From positions 86,648 through 150,647 of the forward strand of contig JAFGXI010000009.1 in assembly GCA_016936665.1 (NCBI GenBank): 64,000 nucleotides of DNA. Reading direction: 5' to 3'. The notes below the pieces were generated by a model that was not told where the DNA came from, ran no database searches, and worked only from the letters and a program-made list of their open reading frames with translations. Positions 18,501-27,154 of this stretch are shown here, piece after piece (the first letter of the stretch is position 1; each line of letters begins with the position of its first letter). The position numbers and the translations under genes are program-made. The DNA comes from Bacteroidales bacterium. Its GTDB lineage: Bacteria > Bacteroidota > Bacteroidia > Bacteroidales > JAFGXI01.

Positions 18501-19785
18501 ATGCAAATACGCTTAAGTCGAAAGCCGAAAGCAAATCGTAATATTTTAAATTAAACACGCCATCGTTGCCATTCAAATAAGACGGTACAAAAACAATCTT
18601 AACTTTTTTACTTTTGAAATTAGAAAACCGGTATTCGTCCAATTTTCGAATTATTGGATCGTGCTGAGGGTCGAGCAACTGATGGGTTAAAAACTCTTGT
18701 TCCATATGGTATGGCAAGCCATTGTGAATGGCGTCGAATATACCGTTAATAGGGCCATATATACCGGCAGGAACCATAATAAAAGCAAAAACATTTCGGT
18801 TTAGGTTATCTTCTTTTTCGAGTAGCATTAAAGCATCTAAAAACAAGTCGATTCCTTTATTTTTATACTCGTAGCGACCGCTAGTCACTATTTTCAAATC
18901 GTCGTCTTGTGGTTCTTGACCGGTAACAACTTTTGCCGCTTTATAAAGTATATTTTTAGCCGATTGTTTTCTTTCTTCCCAAGTTTCGTCTTTAGGAATT
19001 AAAAATTCATCGAATCCGTTTGGTGTTACTATATCGACTTTTGTTCCAAGTAAGTTTTCACTTTCTTTTGCAGTGATATCGCTAACCGTAGTATAAACAT
19101 CGGCATGTTGTCCGGATAGTTTTTCGAGCGAAAATTTGGCCGAAATATTAAATTGTTTGGCTATTTCTTTGCCTTGATACTGACTTTGATTGGTATATAG
19201 CGGCCACCCATTTCCTGCTATCGATCGTCCTAATGCAGTTGCATGTGTGGTAAAAGCCGTACTTATATAGGGTGCATATTCTTTTAAAAACAATATTCCT
19301 GCGCCTGTCATCCATTCGTGAAAATGAGCAATAACTTTTGATTTTTTAAGTTGGTAAAATCTAACAAAGTCTTTTATCAACATACCGGCAGAATAGCCAA
19401 ACATTGCAGGTTCTACATAATCCCATCCCCCCGAAAGAGAATCTAACTTATAAGACTCCCAAAAATGAGCAAAGATCTCGTTTTTATAGTTAAAGTAAGG
19501 GGTAAAATCGACAAGTATTACGATTGGTTTTGATGGAATATTCCAAAATCCGGTACGTACTTTAATTTTATTGTCGCCTAAGTTTTTTTTCCACTCGCTA
19601 AATAAGTTTTTATCTTCGATAAACTCATCGTTTTTTTGCTCTCTCCACACATCAGGCCCGATCAGAATAAAGTGATCGTTTAAGCGATCTTTCAAGGATT
19701 TTGCTTTGGTTGCTAATACCGTATGGATACCCCCAACTTTGTTGCAAATCTCCCAACTGGTTTCAAAAATGTAATCTGCTTTCAT
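15571..19785 (-). CDS. Fusion protein: GT3 glycogen synthase (aa 1-~535) plus GT35 alpha-glucan phosphorylase (aa ~575-1404)
   Basis: The N-terminus MKADYIFETSWEICNKVGGIHTVL is the eukaryote/Bacteroides-type glycogen synthase signature. The C-terminal half starts with NLWWSWN, the N-terminal region of alpha-glucan phosphorylases, and contains the PLP-lysine motif EASGTSGMK. It is one uninterrupted 1404-codon frame. Confidence 0.85.
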   Translation of the reverse strand: MKADYIFETSWEICNKVGGIHTVLATKAKSLKDRLNDHFILIGPDVWREQKNDEFIEDKNLFSEWKKNLGDNKIKVRTGFWNIPSKPIVILVDFTPYFNYKNEIFAHFWESYKLDSLSGGWDYVEPAMFGYSAGMLIKDFVRFYQLKKSKVIAHFHEWMTGAGILFLKEYAPYISTAFTTHATALGRSIAGNGWPLYTNQSQYQGKEIAKQFNISAKFSLEKLSGQHADVYTTVSDITAKESENLLGTKVDIVTPNGFDEFLIPKDETWEERKQSAKNILYKAAKVVTGQEPQDDDLKIVTSGRYEYKNKGIDLFLDALMLLEKEDNLNRNVFAFIMVPAGIYGPINGIFDAIHNGLPYHMEQEFLTHQLLDPQHDPIIRKLDEYRFSNFKSKKVKIVFVPSYLNGNDGVFNLKYYDLLSAFDLSVFASYYEPWGYTPLESLAFNVPTVTTSLAGFGKWVQQSHYSETNAVKVINRTDDNDNDIVNAISKYVLNYSQLGQADVKENRINAEKVSQTALWTNLIDYYLKAYDIALDHQSKRFNPDDIYELAEVKVEENIEMNLEPNWRSFEVESNVYEDFSGLFEMADNLWWSWNFHHTDIFKDIDKNLWIEVNYNPKKFLNSLPYSTFEKLAKDKVFVEKYHQLVNTFNAYLDEKKNAKGPQIAYFSMEFGFHDALKIFSGGLGILAGDYLKEASDSNVNMVGVGLLYKYGYFKQAITNNGEQLSKYEAQLLSEMPISKVKNEEGDQVIISVNLPGRELKIKLWKTHVGRIILYLLDTDFEDNLAEDREITHYLYGGNNENRLKQEIVLGIGGITALRAIKIDADLYHLNEGHAAFIGLERINKLMYESYFTYQQAVELVRSTSLFTTHTPVPAGHDVFEENLMRRYLSYYHESYGISWDEFFALGKAEKTDFKFSMSNLATHLSQEVNGVSWLHGEVTKEMFNNLWKGYFKQELPVGYVTNGVHFPTWTSKYWKSLYAKVSNNQLIDHQDHQELWDKIYDIDDAKIWDTRNKHRIKLIEYLKERVRENWIQRYDNPKTMVDIINKLDSNVLTIGFARRFATYKRAALLFSDIERLSKIVNNPKQPVQFVFAGKAHPNDKPGQDLIKQIVLISKQPEFVGKILFVENYDMELARKLVQGVDIWLNTPTRPLEASGTSGMKAVMNGGLHFSVLDGWWMEGYQEKAGWALSEEKSFQDQGMQNQLDSSTIYYLLENEIIPKYYKRNKEDVPVEWVSFIKNSISKVASQFTTKRMMNDYYERFYNKLYKRSTALKDNQFEALKMLVEWKNTIAERFEQIKVLKICSTTNDQKILKAGVDTHIEVVLDLNDVKPEEIGLQVVITYPFIEDNDNVEIVNFNVYKKDESKITFRAKIKPNEVGRINYGIRMFPVCDSLEYQQDSGVLKWL

Positions 19786-19799
19786 CCCTTAAAATTTAA

Positions 19800-20984
19800 T
19801 TATTTATTGATTCGAGTAATAAAGTCGCTTAACACGTTCATGAAATTAATGTACGCGGCATATGGTGTTTGGTAAGGATTAAAATATTTGTGAACATCGC
19901 CATCGGAGAACCATTTAGTACACATATAATAAAAATGGTCGCTGGTTTGTAGATAAAGCCAATCTTTTAACAGTTTTTCATCGCCAAGTTCCTTGAGCTT
20001 ATCTTCTAACTCGTACAATTTATCGAAGGCATCGTATTGTAAGTCGTTTCCTAACCAAGCCGTCAAGTCTCTTTCTTCGTCGGCCCAAGATATTTCGTAA
20101 GGTACATCTAAAGGAGAAACGACATCGTAATGTTTTACGACTTGATTTGGGGTTAAAAACTTGAAATCGGTATGTTTTAATACTTGCTCCGGTAAAGCCC
20201 TCATAAATTCGAATATACCAGAGTCTGCCCATTGGTGCTCGCCAAAAGTTTCGTAATCCATAAAAAGGTTAATTACCTCGTTGTCGGATTGCAAAGCAGA
20301 GTTGAGCCAGTCGGTATATTTATCGACTGTTAATGGCCACTGATCCCATGCTGAGTTGGAAAAACGGAAGGCGATATCGTCGCTTAAGGTATAGTTTTTA
20401 AGTAATAATTTTAATTTTGGGTTTATTACATTCGCATACAAATAGTTTGGGCTTTTCCATCCTAAAATATGTTTAGCTCCTTCTGTTATCATTCCTTTAT
20501 AACCCATATTATGCACCATCTCTCCAATTCTGTTTGAGTAAATGAGCTCTGTATTTCTGAAAACAGTGGGTTTTTGTTTAAAGTGTTGCTCTATTTTTTT
20601 TCTATGCTCACTTACTTGATGCTCAAATTCCGGCTTGCTTTTAAGCGCAGATAATGAGTGTGCATAGGTTTCTGATAAAAACTCTACTTGACCGGTTTCT
20701 GCCAATGCGATAAAGCTATCTAAGACTTCTGGTGCATACTGTTCGATCTGATCGATAAATACCCCGGATAATGAAAAACTGACTTTAAAATCTTTTCCGT
20801 ATTGTTTTATCAAGTCTAGTAATAAAGCATTGGTTGGAAGGTAACATTTTTGTGCAACCTTCTTAAGTATTGTTCTGTTTGAATAATCGTCGAAATAATC
20901 GTGGTCGCCTCCTATATCGAAGAAACTATATTTTTTTAGTCGGAATGGTTGATGAACTTGAAAATAGAAACAAATAGATTTCAT
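19800..20984 (-). CDS. Glycoside hydrolase family 57 protein
   Basis: N-terminus ICFYFQVHQPFRLKKY together with FMDYETFGEH. Confidence 0.75.
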   Translation of the reverse strand: MKSICFYFQVHQPFRLKKYSFFDIGGDHDYFDDYSNRTILKKVAQKCYLPTNALLLDLIKQYGKDFKVSFSLSGVFIDQIEQYAPEVLDSFIALAETGQVEFLSETYAHSLSALKSKPEFEHQVSEHRKKIEQHFKQKPTVFRNTELIYSNRIGEMVHNMGYKGMITEGAKHILGWKSPNYLYANVINPKLKLLLKNYTLSDDIAFRFSNSAWDQWPLTVDKYTDWLNSALQSDNEVINLFMDYETFGEHQWADSGIFEFMRALPEQVLKHTDFKFLTPNQVVKHYDVVSPLDVPYEISWADEERDLTAWLGNDLQYDAFDKLYELEDKLKELGDEKLLKDWLYLQTSDHFYYMCTKWFSDGDVHKYFNPYQTPYAAYINFMNVLSDFITRINK

Positions 20985-20989
20985 GATAA

Positions 20990-22270
20990 TTATAGTAATG
21001 AGTTGTATACTTGAATAACATTATATGCTGCATTTTCCCACTTCAAATGGTCAATTTCTGTTTTGCCATAGGTTTTAAACATTTTGGAAATACCATCGTA
21101 GTGCAAAAGAGCGTGAATAGAGTCTGCCATAGCGTCGATATCCCAAAAATCGATTTTGATGGCATGATTTAAAATTTCCGATACCCCCGATTGTTTCGAG
21201 ATAATAACAGGAACCTGACTTCTCATTGCTTCAAGAGGAGATATCCCAAATGGTTCTGAAACAGAAGGCATCACATAAACATCGCTAATAGAAAAAAGCT
21301 TGTTGACCATTTCGGGTTTTAAAAATCCAGCAAAATGGAATCGATCGCCCATTCTTAATTTTGCGACCCTTTCTATTGATCTATGCAACATATCGCCTGT
21401 TCCGGCCATGACAAACCTAACATTTTTGTCCTTTTGTAATACTTTTTTTGCAGCTTCAATAAAATATTCCGGTCCTTTCTGGAAAGTGATCCTTCCCAAA
21501 AATGTAACTATTTTTTCGTCGAAATGTTTTGTAATGTTAAATTCTTCGAGTTCGACCGGTTCAACAGCATTGTGTACTGTAAAAACTTTACTTGGATCGA
21601 TACCATATCTTTCGATTACAATTTGTTTGGTTAAATGACTTACAGTAATCACTCTATCCGCCTCTTGCATCCCTTTTTGTTCGATATCGAATACCGTTTG
21701 ATTGACGTGCTCTCCACTTCTATCGAATTCTGTAGCATGTACATGAACAACTAAAGGTTTTCCACTGGCTTGCTTTGCAGCAATTCCGGCAGGGTAAGTA
21801 AGCCAATCGTGTGCATGAATAATATCAAACTCATGGTCTTTAGCAATTGTTCCGGCTACAATGGCATACCTTGTAACTTCGGTAATAAGATCGGCTCCAT
21901 ATTTACCCGAAAATGTAAAATGAGTTTCGAACGCTTCTTCTTTAATGTGTTCTTGACTTATTTTAAAAGATTGTTGAATATATTTTTCAAAAATTTGCGG
22001 ATCGAGATAAGGTAGTAAAGTTGAATCGATTTGTAGATAAGTAATGTTTTTCCAAAACTCATCGAAGGATTTTCGCGTCTGAAAAATTGTTACTTTTTCT
22101 GCATCTGTTAATTCAACATAGGTTTTGTCTTCGTCGCCGAACAATTTTGGTACGACAAAAATAACTTCTGCCTTATGTTTAGAAAGTCCTTTAGTTAATC
22201 CATAGCAGGCGGTACCCAAGCCTCCGGTAATGTGAGGAGGAAACTCCCAGCCAAACATGAGTATTTTCAT
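20990..22270 (-). CDS. Glycosyltransferase (GT4/GT5-like, glycogen-locus associated)
   Basis: MKILMFGWEFPPHITGGLGTACYGL, a C-terminal MPSVSEPFGISPLEAM E-x7-E region, and the locus context. Confidence 0.75.
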   Translation of the reverse strand: MKILMFGWEFPPHITGGLGTACYGLTKGLSKHKAEVIFVVPKLFGDEDKTYVELTDAEKVTIFQTRKSFDEFWKNITYLQIDSTLLPYLDPQIFEKYIQQSFKISQEHIKEEAFETHFTFSGKYGADLITEVTRYAIVAGTIAKDHEFDIIHAHDWLTYPAGIAAKQASGKPLVVHVHATEFDRSGEHVNQTVFDIEQKGMQEADRVITVSHLTKQIVIERYGIDPSKVFTVHNAVEPVELEEFNITKHFDEKIVTFLGRITFQKGPEYFIEAAKKVLQKDKNVRFVMAGTGDMLHRSIERVAKLRMGDRFHFAGFLKPEMVNKLFSISDVYVMPSVSEPFGISPLEAMRSQVPVIISKQSGVSEILNHAIKIDFWDIDAMADSIHALLHYDGISKMFKTYGKTEIDHLKWENAAYNVIQVYNSLL

Positions 22271-22366
22271 TGGTTCAAATTTGTGTCGATGTTCGATTAA
22301 TAGTTTACTTTTCTATAAGGTCAAAGTAATATACACTGTGGTCGAACATGTTCCGTTTCATTAAAG

Positions 22367-24322
22367 TTACTTATGGTTATTTCTTAAATCGTTTATAATA
22401 GATTTTATTCTTAAAAGTTCTGCCACACTCCATGCTTGAGAGATCGTTCCTCCATATTGATGTGGAGGATCTCCATCGTATACTTCGGACACTGTACCTA
22501 AACCATGTTCAAGCATATCGGGTTCAAAATTTTTATAGATCTGCTCTACAAAATTGATTGCAGATTCGCCAGAATAAACTTTCAAATAAGCATCGACAAA
22601 TCCTCCTAATAGCCAAGGCCAAACTGTACCTTGGTGGTATGCTCTGTCTCTTTCTTCTTGATTGCCTTTGTATTGGCCTTTGTATTGCTTGTTTCTGGGT
22701 GTTAGTGTTCGCAAGCCTTTAGGCGTGAGTAACTCTGACTTTACTTTATCAACAACACATTTAAAGCGATCTTCCTCTAAAATAGCATATGGCAAGCTAA
22801 CTGCAAAAATCTGATTTGCTCTTTGATTAAAGTTAACATCTTCGAAATTAACAAAGTCGGCCACTCTTCTTTGCATATCGTCCCAAAAAATGGTATTAAA
22901 TGTCGCTTTTGCTTTTGATGCAATGTTTTGAAGCTCTTCGGCTAGTTCTTTTTGCTTATTTAAGACTGCTAACTCAGCTGTGAATAATAACGCGTTATAC
23001 CATAAAGCATTAATTTCCACAGCATAACCGGTTCTGGGCGTAACGGGTTCTCCAAAAACAACGGCATCCATCCATGTTAACCCATGTTTACTATCGCCAC
23101 CGTAGATTAACCCGTTGTCGTGCAATGCAATATTATAGTGTGTTCCTCTTTTAAAGGTGTTAATGATACTTAACATACTATCTGAGAAGAGTTTCCAAAT
23201 GGCTTTTGCATCATTATTTTTAGAGTAATATTGCTGAATACTCCAAAAATACCAAAGCGGGGCATCTATAGAATTATAACTGGCAGCATTATCTGCTCCA
23301 ATGTTTGGAAACAAACCATCTTTAATTTGTGAGCTCATACTTTTAAGCACTTCCAAGCATGTTTTATTATCGCCTATAGCACAAGTTAATCCGGGCAAAG
23401 CAATAAATGTGTCTCTTCCCCATCGGCCAAACCAAGGGAAGCCTGCAATAATCTCGGTATGTTTGTTTTGTACAATAAATTGTTTAGCAGCATGAGTTAA
23501 ACAATTGTCGAGGTCGTTTCTTGGAATTCGTTTTTTAAGTTCAGACTGGTATTTGAGCTTTAGCCCTTTTGTTTTTATTTCTTGTAGCCCGGCGGCTATG
23601 ATAACAGTTTCTCCCTTTTTAATATCGAACTCAAACATTCCCGGCATTAGTAAATCCTCTTGGTATTCGTAACCTCTTGCTTGTTCTTCTTGGTATTCTA
23701 CCTTATAATACCAATTAGGGAAATGTACATACTCTACTTTTTTTGAAGCTTGAATGTACAAACTGTCGTATGCAGGATACAACTTAAATTCGGAACCATT
23801 TTCTCTTGATTTAAAACCTGTATTTACTTCAAAATTAGCATGACTCAATTGATGAAAATTACGAAATGCTAAAAATGGTTTTACTTGTAGCTTTGTAGAG
23901 CTATGTGCTTCTTCCAAAGTATAACAGATTAGTATAGTTGGTTCGTTTTCAATTAATAAATACTCCTTTTTAAGAATTACCCCTCCGACTCTATAAATAG
24001 TGTGAAAATTAGGTTCTGCTTTGAACTCCTTGATGTATTTATGCCCTTTGGGCTCAAATACACCTCCATGATATTTTCTGATACCTAAGTTAAATGCCTT
24101 TCCATTTTGAATGACAGTTTCGTCGACCGATGATAAAAAAACATGTCTGTCTTGATCGATTTGAGGTTGAGGCGCAACTAGTAGACCATGATATTTTCTT
24201 GTGTTGCAACCAATAATAGTGGTGGATGCGTACGAACCAGACCTGTTCGAACGGATAATTTCTTTACTTAAAGAGTACGATAAGTTTATCAATTGACTTT
24301 TGTTAAGGTCAAGAAAGCTCAT
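22367..24322 (-). CDS. Glycogen debranching enzyme (amylo-alpha-1,6-glucosidase family)
   Basis: 651 aa with FPWFGRWGRDTFIALPGL and AYHQGTVWPWLLG motifs. Confidence 0.8.
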   Translation of the reverse strand: MSFLDLNKSQLINLSYSLSKEIIRSNRSGSYASTTIIGCNTRKYHGLLVAPQPQIDQDRHVFLSSVDETVIQNGKAFNLGIRKYHGGVFEPKGHKYIKEFKAEPNFHTIYRVGGVILKKEYLLIENEPTILICYTLEEAHSSTKLQVKPFLAFRNFHQLSHANFEVNTGFKSRENGSEFKLYPAYDSLYIQASKKVEYVHFPNWYYKVEYQEEQARGYEYQEDLLMPGMFEFDIKKGETVIIAAGLQEIKTKGLKLKYQSELKKRIPRNDLDNCLTHAAKQFIVQNKHTEIIAGFPWFGRWGRDTFIALPGLTCAIGDNKTCLEVLKSMSSQIKDGLFPNIGADNAASYNSIDAPLWYFWSIQQYYSKNNDAKAIWKLFSDSMLSIINTFKRGTHYNIALHDNGLIYGGDSKHGLTWMDAVVFGEPVTPRTGYAVEINALWYNALLFTAELAVLNKQKELAEELQNIASKAKATFNTIFWDDMQRRVADFVNFEDVNFNQRANQIFAVSLPYAILEEDRFKCVVDKVKSELLTPKGLRTLTPRNKQYKGQYKGNQEERDRAYHQGTVWPWLLGGFVDAYLKVYSGESAINFVEQIYKNFEPDMLEHGLGTVSEVYDGDPPHQYGGTISQAWSVAELLRIKSIINDLRNNHK

Positions 24323-24433
24323 AATTAGATTTTTTTTGCAATGATAGACTTATTTTTCAGATGAAGAGTTAAGTTTACATTAAGTTCTAAGTTACGCTTA
24401 TACGCTTAGAAATTTGAAAAGTTGTTTTTTATC

Positions 24434-25276
24434 TTAGAAATAGTATCCTAACTTTTTCATTACAGACACATTCTTTTCGTAAAATTCTAAAGCCAGCGTT
24501 TTTGGAATATAATTTTGCCATGCCCCGCTTTTCCCAGATCTGAAAAACTTTGATGATTTAATAGGTTTTTCTCTAAAACCATTTTGGTCTTCTTGAGTTT
24601 TTAGCTGATTAAAACTAGAATGTTTTATTGATGATAATAATTTTTCTTCTTCCAAGGAAATATCACAGAATTCTACTATTGACTTGAACATTTCTTCGGG
24701 TCGATCTAACAGATCTTCGTATCGAATTAGCAAGCGTGGAATTGGAGCATTTTCCCAAGATAAATAATGATTAGACCAAGTATCTAATACCTGTCTTAAT
24801 TGATTGGTTAATTTTTTTTTATTACTTGCCAGTGTCTTTTTATGGTTATTTAAGTTTTGAATACTTTTTTCTATTGAAATATTTGAATGAAAAGCAAAAG
24901 ATACTGCTACATCTAAAGGATGCCTTACAATATGAATTACCCCTTTTGAGATTTCGGTAGGAAATATTGGAAGATTATTATCATTTAAGCTATATGCGTC
25001 ATGCGTTTTAATAAACTTTATACGATTTTCTTCCTCACTCATTTTTATATAAACATGAGGTCTTAAATTATCAATTTCCTCAGTTTTTAAATCTGAAGAC
25101 AAAACAGCAGAATAACGATCGAAAACTTTTCTTGAACTTGAAATTGTACTGCTTTTAATTTTGTTTATATCAACTGGTTGCAAACTTTTTGATAAGTAGT
25201 TAGCCAGAAAAATTCTCACCCAAGTATTACCCGATTTTGGATAAGAAACCAACCATATTAGATTTTTACTAAGCAT
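24434..25276 (-). CDS. PAPS-dependent sulfotransferase
   Basis: 5'-PSB motif YPKSGNTW (25220..25240), a 3'-PB-like IVRHPLDVAVSF, and a C-terminal FFRSGKSGAWQNY. The start ATG shares one nucleotide with the TGA of the upstream kinase gene (TGATG). Confidence 0.8.
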   Translation of the reverse strand: MLSKNLIWLVSYPKSGNTWVRIFLANYLSKSLQPVDINKIKSSTISSSRKVFDRYSAVLSSDLKTEEIDNLRPHVYIKMSEEENRIKFIKTHDAYSLNDNNLPIFPTEISKGVIHIVRHPLDVAVSFAFHSNISIEKSIQNLNNHKKTLASNKKKLTNQLRQVLDTWSNHYLSWENAPIPRLLIRYEDLLDRPEEMFKSIVEFCDISLEEEKLLSSIKHSSFNQLKTQEDQNGFREKPIKSSKFFRSGKSGAWQNYIPKTLALEFYEKNVSVMKKLGYYF

Positions 25277-26172
25277 CAGTCTAAAACTACACTTTCTGCA
25301 TAGAAATTAAAAGAAGACAACAACTTGATATTCGAAGACCGCTCTAATGTTATTAATTTTATTTGTTGTGCTAAGTGCTGTAAAACTTTAAAAACGATTT
25401 CTGTCTTACCAATAGCTATAGGGAATACAGGTCTGTATATTTGAGATTGTAATGCTTTTAGTTTATCGAAGCCTTGTAATTCGGAGTTTGAGAAATGATT
25501 TGAATTTTTACTACTTAAAACTATTATTTTTTTAACAGGTATCGCATAATTATAAAAATGATCAATCTGTTGCAAACGAAATTTAGATATTCCCGGCCTA
25601 ACAGAATCTTCATTACTTATATCAATTCCATATTCTTCTACAACATCTTCCCATATTTTTGATGATGGATATGAAGGGTGGACATTTACTTTCCCTTCTT
25701 TTACAAACAAAGCAGACACATCGTCTGATAACATCTTATATCCTAATTCGACGAAATGTTGTAATAAAGTAGTTTTACCCGCACCAGAAATACCAGAAAT
25801 TAAAACAGCCTCACCTTTATACTCGAATGCAGATGCATGAAAAGGAACAATTTCTTTTTGCAATAAGAGAGCAGCCATTGCTGAACCCAACAAAAATAAT
25901 TCTATCTCTCTATTTTTTGCATCTTTACATACGTCAATAATTATTGTTGATGCATTTTCTATAAGGTAGTTCCCAACATTTTCTACTTTAAGTAGAAACT
26001 GGTGATCGTTGCTTTCAAAGTTGATTCCTTTATAACCAATATTTGCAAGAGTCTTAGGGACGCTATTTAGTACCACATCAACATCGAAAACTCCCTCATC
26101 AGGGCAAGATATTCCTTGAAGAGGGAGTTCTGATCGGATAATTAATCCGTATACTTTATAATAATTTTGCAT
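25276..26172 (-). CDS. HPr-kinase-like P-loop kinase (RiPP/lasso-associated type)
   Basis: 298 aa. The N-terminus YYKVYGLIIRSELPL, the P-loop GISGAGKTT (25768..25794) and LSDD all resemble the HprK C-terminal-domain-like kinases found in lasso clusters, as I recall the family. It starts 6 nt after the PorP/SprF stop. Confidence 0.7.
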   Translation of the reverse strand: MQNYYKVYGLIIRSELPLQGISCPDEGVFDVDVVLNSVPKTLANIGYKGINFESNDHQFLLKVENVGNYLIENASTIIIDVCKDAKNREIELFLLGSAMAALLLQKEIVPFHASAFEYKGEAVLISGISGAGKTTLLQHFVELGYKMLSDDVSALFVKEGKVNVHPSYPSSKIWEDVVEEYGIDISNEDSVRPGISKFRLQQIDHFYNYAIPVKKIIVLSSKNSNHFSNSELQGFDKLKALQSQIYRPVFPIAIGKTEIVFKVLQHLAQQIKLITLERSSNIKLLSSFNFYAESVVLD

Positions 26173-26178
26173 TGCGTC

Positions 26179-27102
26179 TTACCATTTGTACGCACTCTTA
26201 TTAGTGTTTCCAAACTGATAAATAAATATTAACTCGTGTGAACCCTGACTTACATTACCGATATCGGAAAGTGTTATGTCGTAGGCATAACCAAATTTAA
26301 TTTTATCTTTTTGTACACCAACAGAAATGATAATGTCATTCGGGTCGAAAGCAAAATCTGAACGATAACCTAGTCCTAACCAAACAAAGTCTTTATAAGT
26401 TGTTTTTACGTTTAAATCCCACTGACCTTTGTTAGCTTCAATATATTTAAGTAATAAAGAAGGTTCTAATTTAAAATCTGATCCTAACTCAAAAATATAA
26501 CCTCCATGCAAATAATAATGACGGACTTGTCTATTATCAAACATATCGTTCATTAAGCTAACTCTTCTTCCAAAAAGTTGAAAAGAAGAAATACCAGCAT
26601 AATAATTTTTTGCATAGAAATAAATACCAAAGTTAGCATCGGGGACAATAAGCTTTTCGGAACCATTTAGCAATACTTGGTCGTTTGCATCTTCAACATT
26701 TTCAAGCTGACCTCTATCTAAATAAAACTGATATAAAGAGCCCGACAAACCAAAGCCGATTTTCATTTCATCGTTTAATTTAAGGTGATAAGCATAACTC
26801 AAATTCAAACCCGATTTGCTGATTGAGCCTGTTGAATAGTTGAAAATTTTTGCACCAACACCTCCTAAATCTTCACTAATTTTCATGTGAAAAGTTAAAA
26901 ACTGAGAAGATGGAGCGTTATCAATTCCTGTCCACAAACGCTTATATCCAAGAAAGATAGGCATAGATTCGTCGGATCCAACATAACCTGGATTTACTAA
27001 ATATTTGTTTTCAACAGTTTGCGAAAATGAACCCATTTGTTGCGCTCTTATTGAACTTAGGGCTACCGTTAAAACTATGATGATAAGAACTAATTTTTTC
27101 AT
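26179..27102 (-). CDS. PorP/SprF-family T9SS outer-membrane protein
   Basis: 307 aa. Signal peptide followed by AQQMGSFSQTVENKYLVNPGYVG, the family N-terminal motif, with a beta-barrel-like alternating pattern. It lies directly downstream of a type-B CTD cargo gene, which is the usual pairing. Confidence 0.8.
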   Translation of the reverse strand: MKKLVLIIIVLTVALSSIRAQQMGSFSQTVENKYLVNPGYVGSDESMPIFLGYKRLWTGIDNAPSSQFLTFHMKISEDLGGVGAKIFNYSTGSISKSGLNLSYAYHLKLNDEMKIGFGLSGSLYQFYLDRGQLENVEDANDQVLLNGSEKLIVPDANFGIYFYAKNYYAGISSFQLFGRRVSLMNDMFDNRQVRHYYLHGGYIFELGSDFKLEPSLLLKYIEANKGQWDLNVKTTYKDFVWLGLGYRSDFAFDPNDIIISVGVQKDKIKFGYAYDITLSDIGNVSQGSHELIFIYQFGNTNKSAYKW

Positions 27103-27154
27103 ATTATAATGTTTTTAGTTTTGTTATTTTCAGTAACAAAACTTATTCATAGTA

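Noticed and set aside
24393-24408. Tandem octamer TACGCTTA-TACGCTTA between the sulfotransferase stop and the debranching-enzyme start
   Set aside because: There are only two copies in an AT-rich spacer, with no partner palindrome. That is too little to call a regulator site, though it lies where a promoter or operator for the glycogen operon would be.
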